64,000 bases of DNA from Haliotis cracherodii. Its lineage: Eukaryota. Within the stretch, counting starts at the first letter, position 1, and each line of letters begins with the position of its first letter. Below, in pieces: positions 37,100 through 49,397 of the stretch. Where the stretch lies: NCBI RefSeq assembly GCF_022045235.1, contig NW_027266264.1, positions 45,570,001 through 45,634,000 on the forward strand, written 5' to 3'. The notes below the pieces were generated by a model that saw only the letters and a list, made by a program, of their open reading frames with translations, ran no database searches and had not been told where the DNA came from. Position numbers and translations under genes: made by a program.

Positions 37100-39240
37100 T
37101 TTATTAACGTCATCCTCACAGGGGCATCCTCACAGTACCAGCAAAGGTACATACCGGTTTAACCAAAACGCCCACCATGTCAATATAATGTCTGAAATGC
37201 TTATTCTACAGGTTAACCAAACACCTATCGACATTCCCCAACACAACTCAACCCAGCAAATGATAAATGCACAACTAATTAGTCAAGGGCACCAAAACCT
37301 GGTCACGATGCCACAGGCTCACCAAACCAACCCAGCTTATCAAAATTCTAATCAGCAAATGATAAATGCAGTGACCAAGCTAGTCATTAACCATCAGTTA
37401 AGTTTCAACGCTGAAAGCATTGGTTTTCATGTCAAACATGCAGTTATACACTGGGGCGACTTTATTGACATGAATACCACTGGATAGCCAACCAACACAG
37501 AAAGGATCCAACTTTACCATGGACTAGGATGTATTGGGCGAGGTTATCATCAAACCCAGACAACAGCCAACCAAGCCTTTCAGTATCGAGTCTTGGACGT
37601 CAGCCTTTTTGACTGACATCAGCATTGTCATAGAGTGAAGCATAGTGTAAGTCAGCAAAATGCAGGAGCTGATCATCTACGTCAAGACAAACAGCGGCGC
37701 TGCTGCAGTTTCTACAAAAAAATGGAGAGGGACCTTTCCCAGTCATGGGTTATGATCGATGGGCAGCTATGGCAACACCTGATGCAACACAACATCCTCA
37801 AGGTTTATCAATCAGACACAGCACACATGAACACCAGCAGAAACTGGCAGGAATGTAAATGTGACAGGGTCAGTCATGCCGGTATGCTCACAAATGCATG
37901 TCATGGAACATCGGCGGTCATGAAGCTTCATCTTGTTTTCGAGGCAAAAAGGTCAAATCTGTGCAAGCACCAACACAAAAGCGACATGCAAAACAAAAAT
38001 AAATAAATGCACTGAAAGTCCCCAACCCCAATTATTCTCCTGCAGTTAGAGCAATGGCTACCAAGTTATCGGTTAATCAACCCAGCAGCGGCGTCATTAA
38101 TAAAACTAGGTTTTTGTCACAGCTTTAGCTTACTTTACAAAGGAATCCCGGGAACCACGTGATGCCAGTAACCTTAACTCCGTTAATGCTCACCCAAAAA
38201 TTGTCAGGGGAAAACTACAGAAAGAAATTCAATTAGGACGCATAGCAGTCCCATTCTCTCACAGACCTTTGGATAACCTTATAGTTTCCCCAGTTGACTA
38301 GGTTGCCAAAGAAATCCGATCCGACACTGCAAGGTGAGGCTGCTTTCCGCTTCATCCATCATCTATGTTATCCAGAGGGTTTCTTCGGTCAATGACTTCA
38401 TACCTCCAGAGGTATGCACAGTGCAGTACACCAGAATACAAAAGCTCCATTGATACAAAAGCTCGGTAAGGGCGTACACATATGCAAATCTGACATCAAA
38501 TGAGCTCCGACATCGACAAGTAGCACCAGCAGATTTTCAACTGTTAGGTATGAATTTCCAGAAAAAAATCGACTTCGACAAATGCCTTTGGTTGTGCATC
38601 TTTATAGAATGGGCACTTATGGATCTGACACAGAGCAAGGCTAACACACACTACCTAAATTATTTAATCCTGGCAGCAGTCAAGGTAAGGCACATATTCG
38701 GGTATCCTCAATACACCGCTGCAACAAAGCTATGTGTACCTGTTGCACACCAGAAAACAGTACCCCCTACAACCTGCCTTACATTTCCTGGCCTTACGAT
38801 AGATACCCTTAAGGGCGAAGCCAGGCTACCAAAGGACAAATGTGGTTCAATTGGTCCAGCAACTGTCACAAATACCAGAAGGAACAAGCAGGAAAGTTAC
38901 ATTGCATACACTGCAATCGATTGTAGGCAAGTTAAATTTTGTTTGCAGTGCAATTCCCATGGGTCGCCCATTCATACATCGCCTCATAGACGCTCAAAAA
39001 GGGTCAGGTTAGCCTCATCATAGAATACAGCAACCTCAACCTCTGGCAAAAATTCCTTATCAATAACACAACGTTATTCCTGGAACAGGAGTGGGTTAGC
39101 GCCCCACACCTTCAATGCGGACAGCCAGGGTTTCGGAGCATACTTTCAGGGTCACTGTACTAACCCCAGTTGGCCAGAACAATGGATACAGCAGGGGCGG
39201 ATCAAAGACATTACATTATTGGAGCGTTTCATCTACTGTC
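37100..39240 (+). mobile_element. Decayed Ngaro-like DIRS-order retroelement (gag, RT and RNase H remnants)
   Basis: Across frameshifts: KLQKEIQLGRIA.PF, FRFIHHLCYPEG, SVNDFIPPEVCTVQY, LGKG..ICKSDIK, DFQLLG..FDKCL, KTVPPTTCLTFPGLTIDT, GFGAYFQG..WPEQW..DITLLE. Confidence 0.8.
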
Positions 39241-39467
39241 GTAACAATCGCTTGATCAAGAGTCAAGAAGAGTCAGAAAAGAAATGCCAACTGTTGTGCG
39301 ATGTCAGTCGAAACACATTTAGACATTAAATACTAGATTACCTGAATATTTCATCACTTTGCTTTGATAAATACAGCAGCAAGCAAGAGTCGAGCAAAGA
39401 TTGTTGAAATGTACAAAGTGAACAGACATGGTTAATGTCTTGCTTGGTGTTGATTTTGTCGTATAGT

Positions 39468-39627
39468 AGTGAGTGAGTGAGTGAGTATGGTTTTACGCCG
39501 CTTTTAGCAATATCACGGCGGGGGACGCCAGAAATGGGCTTCACGCATTGAACCCATGTCGGGAATCGAACCCGGGTCCTCGGCGGGACGAGCGAACGCT
39601 TTAACCACTAGGCTACCCGACCGCCCC
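39468..39627 (-). mobile_element. tRNA-derived SINE with (ACTC)n tail
   Basis: Minus strand GGGGCGGTCGGGTAGCCTAGTGG (A box), GGTTCGATTCC (B box), tail gcggcgtaaaaccatactcactcact. Fragments with similar tails lie near 18330, 34770 and 45765. Confidence 0.88.
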
Positions 39628-40973
39628 TGTCATATTGAAAGCATCCCAGAGGAAGATACACCAAGTACCAAAACTGTTTAAACGGTTTAGAGGGTTAGAG
39701 AGAGGGGTGGGTGGGTCAAAACAGAGATCATATTAGATAACTACAAATTAGCTGAAAGAATTATAAGGATAAGATTTGAACTCACATTCTTGTGCCACTT
39801 AAGGATACACTGCTTTGGACCCAAGCTTCAATTGCGTAATTGCACTGAGCTGAGATAAACAAGACTGGGTATTATCTGGATCTAGAACACTGTGAAATGT
39901 GATATTCTTGTGGCGATGTCTGGTTATAAATTTAAAGAAGACAGCTTTCTCGATGATGATGATGATCCTGAAAGCTTGCGTGACAGTGGCAGTGGTGGCA
40001 GTGACTAAATGTTTCTTACTGTATTGGAGAAAAATAATGGATTTGTTAATAAGTTACTGACAATGTTGAAGCAATTGCAAAAAAGTGCTCCACATTGACA
40101 CTTCAAAGTAAGTCAATATGATCAGCAATTATAGTACATAACATAGGCGATAAGTATCTTATATATGACAATAACAAGATATTTGGACATCTAAATTGTC
40201 ATTTTCCTGTATTGACGGCCATCTTGGAGGCCATTTTGTCCGCCATGTTGGATAAATTAAATTTCTCAAGCTCATATATGTAAGATACTTAAACGATTAA
40301 TGTGTTCAAATAAATCAATTTGGTGTACAAGAATGTTTGTGGAGTCATTGTAGTTTTATAAATATGCTATTATATATTTGTGTTTTTAACAGGATGGGGG
40401 TTGGATCGCATTTATTAAATTTTCATACATTATATCATACCTTTATTAATTTGGAATTTTTCATAATCTCCTAAAGCATTCAGGCAGATTTTGAGATAAC
40501 ACAAGACATGATTGACATTATCTTTAGTTTTGTAATAATTTGAAAATTGAGCGATTTTTTCCTGTTTTTGACACATTTTGGCCCTTTACTCGACTTAAAC
40601 CACCATTTTGCTACTTGTAAATTTGTTCTATTTTGGGTTTCCTAAGTCAGTACACTGATTTTGTTTATGAAATGAGCACTGCAATATGCAAACTGACTAT
40701 TTTAGAGCCAATTATTTGTTTTACTTCATTTTGTCATACAAATGTGCATTTTACCACCAAAACTCATGTCTGCCACCAAAAGAAATCACCACAACCATAA
40801 TTTTCTAATGCATAAATGGCATCATGTGAAGAAAAATGTGGTTGTGCTTTGCTCTACCGTGGCGAATGGTTACTCCTGAAATAGTCCAGCAAGCAGGCGT
40901 AACCTGCTCGCGACTGTACATACAGGTGCTGTCGGAATACCAGGCTAACTAACAGTAAAGATGTAAACATATA

Positions 40974-42459
40974 CTGAACAACAAAAGTTCCTGTGCCATT
41001 GAATAAGACTTAATGCAAAGTTATGTTTTTTACCAAATCTGAAACGGTTTGCAACAGATAAAAGACTCCTGTTAGTGTTCAAATGGTTTAATTTGCCATA
41101 CTGACTTCAGAAAATGCGTGATTTCATGAACATGCCAAAATGTCAATTTACAAATCAATAGCAATGTGTCCACCTCTGGTTGCGATGCAAGCAACACATC
41201 TTCGTCTCATGGAATAGACCGGGCGTCGCATAAAGTCCTGTGGGATATCTGTCCATTTATGCTGGAGCATGTTTCGAAGTTCCTGGAGTGGCTGTGGAAT
41301 ACGTTGTTGACGTCGAAGGCGCTGATCCATCTCATCCCACATGTGCTCGATTGGTGAGAGATCAGGGGAGCGAGCCGGCCAGGGGATGACATTCACGTTG
41401 TTTTGTTGAAGAGAATCCTGAACAAGTCGTCCAATATGAGGCCGGGCGTTGTCATGTTGAAAGGTAATGCCTGGGCCATGACGACGCAAAAACGGTAGAA
41501 CAACAGGGCCGATGATCGCGTCGCGGTAGCGCTGTCCATTGAGATTTCCCTCTACCACTATCAAACGGGTCCTCTGTCTTGCTGTAATCCCACCCCATAC
41601 CATAACGCTGCCGCCGATTATCTTCCATGACACAATGATTGACGTAAAGTTCACCTCGACGTCGGTACACTCGAATCCGTCCACCACTGTGGCTGAGGTG
41701 AAAACGAGACTCGTCAGTGAATAGAACTTGTCCCCACTGCATGGCAGTCCAGCGTAGACGCTGTCTGCACCACTGTAGACGTGCTTGACGGTGGTTTCTT
41801 GTCAAAATGGGACGTCTGGCGGGTCTTCTGGCGACAATCCCTGCACATCTGAGGCGACGACTTGCGGTTTGTGAAGATATTCGTCGAAGGCCAGGGATGC
41901 TTTTTGCAGTCACGGTTGCTGGCTGGAATAGATTTCGTAGGTGTGTTGTTCGAATCCAGTTGTCTTGTCGATTATTGGTTACGCGTGACCTGCCACTCCG
42001 AGGATGGTCTCTGACTGCATTCGTCTGTTGCCAAAGTTGCCATAAACACCAAATGGTGTTTCTGTGGACGTTAAATTGTCTTGCAGCATCACGTTGACTC
42101 GATCCTGTTTCAAGCATACCAATGGCTCGCAGACGCTCATTTTTGGACAGGCGTGATATTTCGTAATGTTGAATAATTGTGTAATGTTGTTGTTTTTCTG
42201 AGTGGTTGTTGTCAGCACGATGCTAAACAATGCATATGGAATCCCGTTACCTCACATGTTTTTATACCCATTCTTGGGTAGTGAAATGCATGGGGCTTGC
42301 ATAGAAGTCAACTTTTGCATGGAATGCATGCTTTTCTGTAGAAGTTGCGTTTTTGTGACTTGATTCCATACATGCATGTACTACAATATTGAAAACCAAA
42401 CTTTACTTGTTTGAAAAATACACTTAACGATTGGTATCACAGGAACTTTTGTTGTTGAG
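40974..42459 (-). mobile_element. Tc1 transposon, full length, transposase frameshifted
   Basis: ta|ctgaacaacaaaagttcctgtg ... cacaggaacttttgttgttgag|ta. Motifs VLFTDESRF, FQHDNARPH and SPDLSPIEHMW are split over two frames. Confidence 0.93.
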
Positions 42460-44129
42460 TATATATATACACTATTGGACAACAATAGACAGACAAAGAG
42501 ACAATGGCGTTACCCTGGACATGGGACTTATTGATGTGATAACAGACACGGCCCAGGGGGGAATAGATTAAGGCTATGAATGTCTTAATGTGAAATGCTG
42601 TGTTAAGACAATGGTACAACTGACTGCTGTTACGCATGGATAACATCATGTTAAATAGACCAGTAGTCCAAATTTCCTAAACGATATGTACTCAACACTG
42701 TACAAAAGGGATGTAGTTCAGAAGCTATAATTCTGTAACATTGCGTTGTCCAGAGTACAGTTAAGTCACTCTGTGATACAATCAATCAGCCCTAGCTTTA
42801 CGATCACTAGGGTTTAGTGGCTAATATAGAATCTATAGCGGCTCTTTATACCCTTCAAACAAAAATGTCGAAAAAGCAGGATGGAATGATTTAGTGTCGA
42901 ATATGTTGGCTACTGGAAACTGTCCTGGAACATTCATACAAGCCACTTTCACCCGCTACGTATATTCAGTATTGATTCAAAAGTGGAATCACTCTTGTGG
43001 CGTCACTATACCCATGCTTATTCCTCCCTCGTTCCATCCTGTGATACACATTATCCTAACAGTGTTCCCTACCACGCTTTTCTGTCACTAAATCACACGA
43101 CAAATTATTTAATACCATGTCATTCATGCGTATCGGCGAGTTCGACGTCTGACGCTTGGAACCGTTTTCAGTTCGCGCCACATCGGCTCATTCCTCACCA
43201 TCGGCATCGGGATCACTCGTAAGCGTCCGTAGACTTAAGTCGCGACATTCCATCGTCACCACTCACCCCTTTCCGTGACCTGCATGAGGACCCATCCTCC
43301 TAGAGATGAATGCGGAAATACGACAAACCAATCAGAATACGCGTATGGCTTCAAATTCTTCGATCAAAGAAAACCTCAGGAATAATTTTATATTTTATAT
43401 ATGTCTTGCATCTAAAAATTTACCTAAGATAAAGTTAAAAGTTATAACTGTATAATACCGCATGTCCCGATGTGAATATTTATTTTCATTCACTCATTTT
43501 AGATTCAAACTGAGTTCAAGCACGTGTAGCGCCGTCATTTCCGGCCACCCTTTTCTTGTTTACCTCGGCGGCGAAGTTTAGGGTTGAGATTTGATGTGGT
43601 TTTTAAAAAAAATAAATACGAGGTAAGATGACCACAGATTAACACGATTGTGTAGCCTATGGTTTGTTTAGCGTGCCAATAGGTTGAAATAAGTGACATT
43701 CATATTCCAAGCTGAGCTGTGATTCGAACCCAGTGCGAAATATTGAATAAGGATCAAGATGGCCGGTGTCACTCCTTGTCTGTATGTATATAGAGGGGTG
43801 TTTTTTTGTTCTATACGAATATATACTAGCCACATTAAGAAACTGTGCACGGAGAAAATATAGATATAAGGGCTTACCGTCCATATATGAAATATAGGTT
43901 TGAACACAGCAATTATTAGAGACATTTAAACGCTCATGCACGTGCCATGCGATATGACGTCATTGATGGGGGCCTTTGGACGTGCAATGTGTTACTGCAC
44001 GTGCATCCTGTGCAGCTGTACACAGCATGTGCAACTCAATATTCGCTGTCACTTTGGAAAGCATGATCTGTGGTCATTCAAAAATTCAAAACTTTTCAGC
44101 CGCAGACACAAGCATATCACAAGCAAATC

Positions 44130-45143
44130 ATGCCAAGATTAACAGCTGCACAGCGCCATGAAGCCATTGGAATGATCCGAGCGGGAATGAGGCAACAACA
44201 GGTGGCAACACATTTCCAATGCCATCGTAACACGATATCGGCATTGGTGAGGCGTTATCAGAACACAAATGACGTTGCCGACCAACCACGTTCAGGACGT
44301 CCCCGAGTAACGACGCCAAGACAGGACAGATGGATTCGAGTTACACATCTCCGACACAGGTTCCAAACGGCAGTAACGACGTCCCGGACAATTTCTGGAC
44401 TGCGCCGTATCCATCCCAACACTGTCAGGAATCGTTTACGTCAGTACGGGATTCGACCACGACGCCCTGCCATACGTCCCATCCTGACACACCGTCATCG
44501 AGTCAACCGTCTAAGATGGTGTCGAAATCATGTTCGCCAACCTCGAATATGGTGGAGAAATGTTGTCTTTACAGATGAATCGAGGTTCAACATTTCCCAC
44601 AGTGACGGACGCCAACGTGTCTACCGGCGTTTGGGAGAACGTTATGCACGCAACTATATTGTGGAGAGGAATCGTTTTGGAGGTGGCTCTGTGATGATTT
44701 GGGGTGGGATAACAGCACGGCACCGAACCCCTTTGGTGGTTGTTCAGGGCAATCTCACCGGTGTTGGCTACAGAGATCAGATTCTGAGGCCTGTGGTCAT
44801 TCCTTTCCTGCAACGTCATGGCTGGGGATTGACATTTCAACAGGACAACGCTCGTCCTCACACGGCTAGGGTCGCAATGGATTTCCTTCACCATAACAAT
44901 GTCATGTTACTTCCATGGCCTGCAATTTCTCCAGATCTCTCCCCAATAGAGCATGTGTGGGATGAAATGGAGCGCCGTCTGCGTCGTCTTCCACATCCTC
45001 CAGATAACGTCCGTGACTTGGCACAGGATTTGAGGAGGATATGGCAGGCCATTCCCCAGGCCTTCCATGCCCATTTGGTGGACTCCATGCGTCGCCGATG
45101 CACTGCTGTGATTCACGCACAGGGTGGTCATACCCGTTATTGA
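44130..45143 (+). CDS. Tc1 DD34E transposase, intact ORF (337 aa)
   Basis: MPRLTAAQRHEAIG paired-like HTH, PRSGRPR, VFTDESRF, FQQDNARPH, SPDLSPIEHVW. There are 34 residues between the second D and the E. Confidence 0.95.
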   Translation: MPRLTAAQRHEAIGMIRAGMRQQQVATHFQCHRNTISALVRRYQNTNDVADQPRSGRPRVTTPRQDRWIRVTHLRHRFQTAVTTSRTISGLRRIHPNTVRNRLRQYGIRPRRPAIRPILTHRHRVNRLRWCRNHVRQPRIWWRNVVFTDESRFNISHSDGRQRVYRRLGERYARNYIVERNRFGGGSVMIWGGITARHRTPLVVVQGNLTGVGYRDQILRPVVIPFLQRHGWGLTFQQDNARPHTARVAMDFLHHNNVMLLPWPAISPDLSPIEHVWDEMERRLRRLPHPPDNVRDLAQDLRRIWQAIPQAFHAHLVDSMRRRCTAVIHAQGGHTRY

Positions 45144-47644
45144 CTTTGTGACTTTATCGTATGACCCCCTACTCCATTTTGATCTTCTGACGTCATCGTA
45201 ACAGATGTTGTTCAGGTCCCGTTGACATTTTCTTACGGTCCGATCATTCAGCTGCTACAGTGTCTGCATCATTTTGTTCTTGCTGTGTTGCATTTCAATC
45301 CAGAAATGTGCTCCCATGCCGGGGCTCAATGCTGAGCAGATACAGCAGCTTGTTCACTTTGGATCCAATGACCTATGTCCCATCACTGGAGTTGTTCGAC
45401 CAAATGAATATGGATGCAGCTCCGATATTTTGTTATAAGAGCTATTGGCGGTAGAGTGGTGAGACACACCATTCAGTATCAACATTTCCTGAAAGACCGG
45501 GTGCACCTCAACAGGCAGGGGCAAGAGGTATTTTGCAGTGCCTTGTGTAGGACCCTTGTGTGAATGTTTGTCGGTTGCCTCCCCGACTAACATTTGTAGA
45601 GTAGTAATTATGCAAGTGACGACAACTCGCCCACAGGGACAATAACATCAATGTTTTTGGCACTGTTCATGGTGTATGAGAGGGGGTCGTACATATTTAA
45701 ATCCCTCTCTATAAAAATCCCGGCGCGATGCTGTTTGGCTCACACACTTAATCAGCAAGTTTAAGTGAGTGAATGAATTGGGTTTACACCGCTTTTAACT
45801 GTATTCGAGTTATATCACGCCATGTCAGCTTGATGTGAGAGGAAAGTCCGAAGTGGTACAGGTCTTAGGCGTTAACCACTTTGGAGAAACTCACAAGTAA
45901 CAGAGATTATTATACGAGCATATGTCTCATACTTATACTACGAAACGAGTGTCAGACTTCTTGTATTTTCAGGGCGAGAGCGAGGGTAATATACGAATTC
46001 TTACACGAGTTGCGTAAAATCAGTTTGACACAGATGCAATGTAATCAATTCGTTATTATCCTTTATTTCTTAATTGTTTTAGCTCCCCGTTAGAAAAATG
46101 CACTGATCACGACCGCCGTATTAGAAAAACATCAACTCACGAATCACGTCAACTATCTTCAGCTATGATGTCGTTGCTTGTGGGACGTCATTCCGACCTT
46201 ACGTCACAATAAGATTCAAATGACGTCAACAAAGCCTTACGGATGACGTCAACAATAGACTGGTGCGCGTGAAGTGATATTTGCTCTAGTGAACATACGG
46301 TTTTTATAAACACGGTTATTTCTAACCCAACTGGTAATAACAGGTATTATTAACCTATTTAAGAATACAGTTTAGTCCAAACAGAAGGGGATTTTTCAAT
46401 TATTTGTTTTGCTGTTCCAAATATTTTTTTTTATACCAGGGAGACTTTAGACTCCGTGATTATACTGATGAGCACCACTAATATATAATCTTTGGCTGGT
46501 GCGACGGACGTTGTAACGATGTCGACAGCTTCAAAGACAAAATGAAAAAGGACAGACAACACGTGCGGGAATAAAAAAGACGGAGCTATATTTCCGTAAA
46601 TCGTAGACTCTGCGATAATTTGTTTTAGGAAACTAGAAATTCGTTATGTATTTTCCCGAGCAAGATGATGTAAAATCAGACGCAAGGACGGGCTACACAC
46701 ACCCTTTATAAATATTTGCCTGGTTATGTAGTACAGGCGGGAGTCGAAAGTAACATTCAAAGTATACAGTATAGACAGCTTGGGAGAAGGCATCAAGATG
46801 TCGGATGGCTGTCACTGCATGAGTTGGCTGGTTCCCGTTCGTTTTTTTCTGAGGTGCACGAAGTTGAAGGGGGCGTGGCGAAAAAGGTCACGTGATGCGA
46901 CTAACTTTAGCTTACAGCGAAGTTTAGCAACTTTGCGTTTGTTACAAGGGGTATCCTAGAAGATATAAAAATTCCACGAAACTACTGATTTGGTCTGAAT
47001 ATTCTACGGACTGTTCTATATGATCATATCTGACGTGCCCACACTGTGCGGTATCAGTGTATAATTCAGTGGACTTACACTCTGTTGGTAACAGACACCA
47101 GAACGGCAGAAGAAATACCGACGTTAGACGGCCCGGTTGAAACGGTAACACGTCAAAATAGACATCGCGTAGAAACAGTCAAAACGGCCGTGAATTAATT
47201 TGATCTGTATACAGTGAAGGCATGATAATTTGAATAAATAAATAAAACAATAGATGCACAAAGGTTTAGCCACTACTAATAGCTTATTCGCTTCTGACAG
47301 TGCAGTATTAATTTCCAAAACTTCCAAAAAGGTGAGGTGAAGCATTGGTTAAGATAGGCATTTCTCAATTTTGACTTTGCATGTTAATTTGATATTAGTA
47401 GTTTCGTATTCCTTTCAACCATCGTGAGCACAGTTAACTCCAGTTATTGTAGATGACTTTGCAACAGTCATGATTGTTTACCAGAAATATGTTAAAATAT
47501 TTAATTAGACCAAAATTCAAATATTTTTTTTCAAGAATGTTCCTCTGAGAATTATTAGAAAACTTCTAGAGGGCTTAAACGTGAAGGAATCGAAGCTTAT
47601 ATTATTGATATTATTTGAAAAGCTATTGTTAGTGTGTCATAATC

Positions 47645-47885
47645 CGGTCCGTGAAAATCCAGGTTAGAATAGATCTTCAGAAACCCATCGCTTGTCGTAA
47701 GAGACATCTCATGGGGTTGGGTGGTCAGGCCCGCTGACATGGTTGATGTATGACATCGCATCCCAAGTGCGTAGATCAATGCTTATGATGTCAATCAATA
47801 GATTGTTTCATTCAGGCTCGATTATTTACAGACCGCCATCATATAGCTGGAATATTGCTGAACAAACAAACAAACAAACAAACAC
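47645..47885 (+). mobile_element. SINE-like element with (AAAC)n tail
   Basis: Same family as 57312-57562 (ccgtgaa..tcttcag..cttgtcgtaagag..ctcgattatttacagaccgcc). Confidence 0.85.
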
Positions 47886-49146
47886 AAGCATCTGTAGGCG
47901 TTGATTACAGTGTATGAATTCTTTTCTTGGTGAACACCTTTTCATAGCACACCTTAACCAAACTGTTCAGAGAATTCATAACAATTTAGGTGGGTACATT
48001 TGGTTCAGTCATGTCATGCAATTTGTTGCATCCCTTACCATTGCCAGGTTCTTCTGTTTCGGGTTTGAAACCTGGATTGGCCCTGATTGTGCACTTCTAA
48101 AGCTTTCACAAATGAGATGATCCAAATGCCAGAGCAAGATAATTGTGTTTAGATTTCCACAAACCTATCTTCCTGTGTCGTACCTTATTAATTTTCTAAA
48201 TTTGTTTCAGAGTGGCATTGTCTCTGTTAGCGGACATACTACAACACGGCCAGAGCTTGGTGGACCAAGTACTCTTTCAACTGTTTTGATTGGACCATCT
48301 CGAGGTAAAGTAACGTTTTTCTTTGTTTATTTGCATCTAACATTTTGCACAATTATTTCTATATTTTTAACTTCTATTACATTAAAAAAAAATTCCCAAA
48401 GTACCTGTAAACAAAAAAAAAACCATTCAGATTTAACATGTCATTAAGTTATAGTGGCCTTAGACTGCTGTTGTATCTTTTAAATTGTAATGACAACTCA
48501 AACTGCTATGGTTGACTAAAAAAATACTCCTGGTTTTCAGTCACAACCGCATCATGATAAAGTCTGCAGAACATTTCGGGGGTTTTTTTTCCATAAAAAA
48601 ACATCAGTTAATATTCTGTGTCTCGAACACAAACCTCAGCAGTGAAATATTGCAATACTAGGATAAACCTGATAAAATAGAGTGCAGAGTTACTTCTCTT
48701 TACATCATGTCACATGAGCACTGATCTATTGCACATCTCCTGTTTGGATCATGGTGGCAGATTCTGAGGAGTTTGTGTGCTTGTTTTGCCATTTGCAAAT
48801 TTTCAGGAAAATCACTGGAGATAATAATTTAATATTTATATATTTACTGTATGCTAGGCATTGTTTTAGATAATGAGATTAATATTACTGTGTGTAATTG
48901 TCTCTTAAAAAAATAAGCCTGAAATAGCAATCAGCTGTACATCCCACATTTTCTTCCTTATCTATCAGTTATTCACTTTAAAAAATACCCAAAATCATAA
49001 CTGAGAATAATTTGTAATGCTGTGATAGAAATACATTGTGTCTCTAACTCCTCATGTTCATTTTAAGGGGTCAGTAGAGTTATTGTAAATAATGGTGAGT
49101 TTAGTGCGATCTGCTGATCAGTTTACACCATCTTTCCTAGGCAAGG

Positions 49147-49397
49147 GAGTTAACTTACTTTAAAAGTCCAGCTTCCACCCTTGCCAAACTAGGCCTTGAA
49201 ATTCTAAGTTATGTTTTGGCTGGACTACGAGTCTATGCATAGTCCAATCAAAATTGCATTACATAATCGACATGTGGTTCGTAAACTGCTGTTAAGATTG
49301 CTGTTTGGGAGGGACATAGAAGGGACATAACTCTTAAAAGCAAATTCCAACCTAGTTTGGCAAGGATGGAAACTGGGCTTTTATAGTCCGTTAACTC
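49147..49397. mobile_element. MITE-like inverted repeat element with GAG...CTC ends
   Basis: gagttaacttacttttaaaagtccagcttccacccttgccaaactagg is mirrored by cctagtttggcaaggatggaaactgggcttttatagtccgttaactc. Confidence 0.75.

Noticed and set aside
39540-39627. tRNA gene (also 22050-22119)
   Set aside because: The A/B boxes continue into SINE bodies with simple-repeat tails; there is no complete cloverleaf or T-run terminator.
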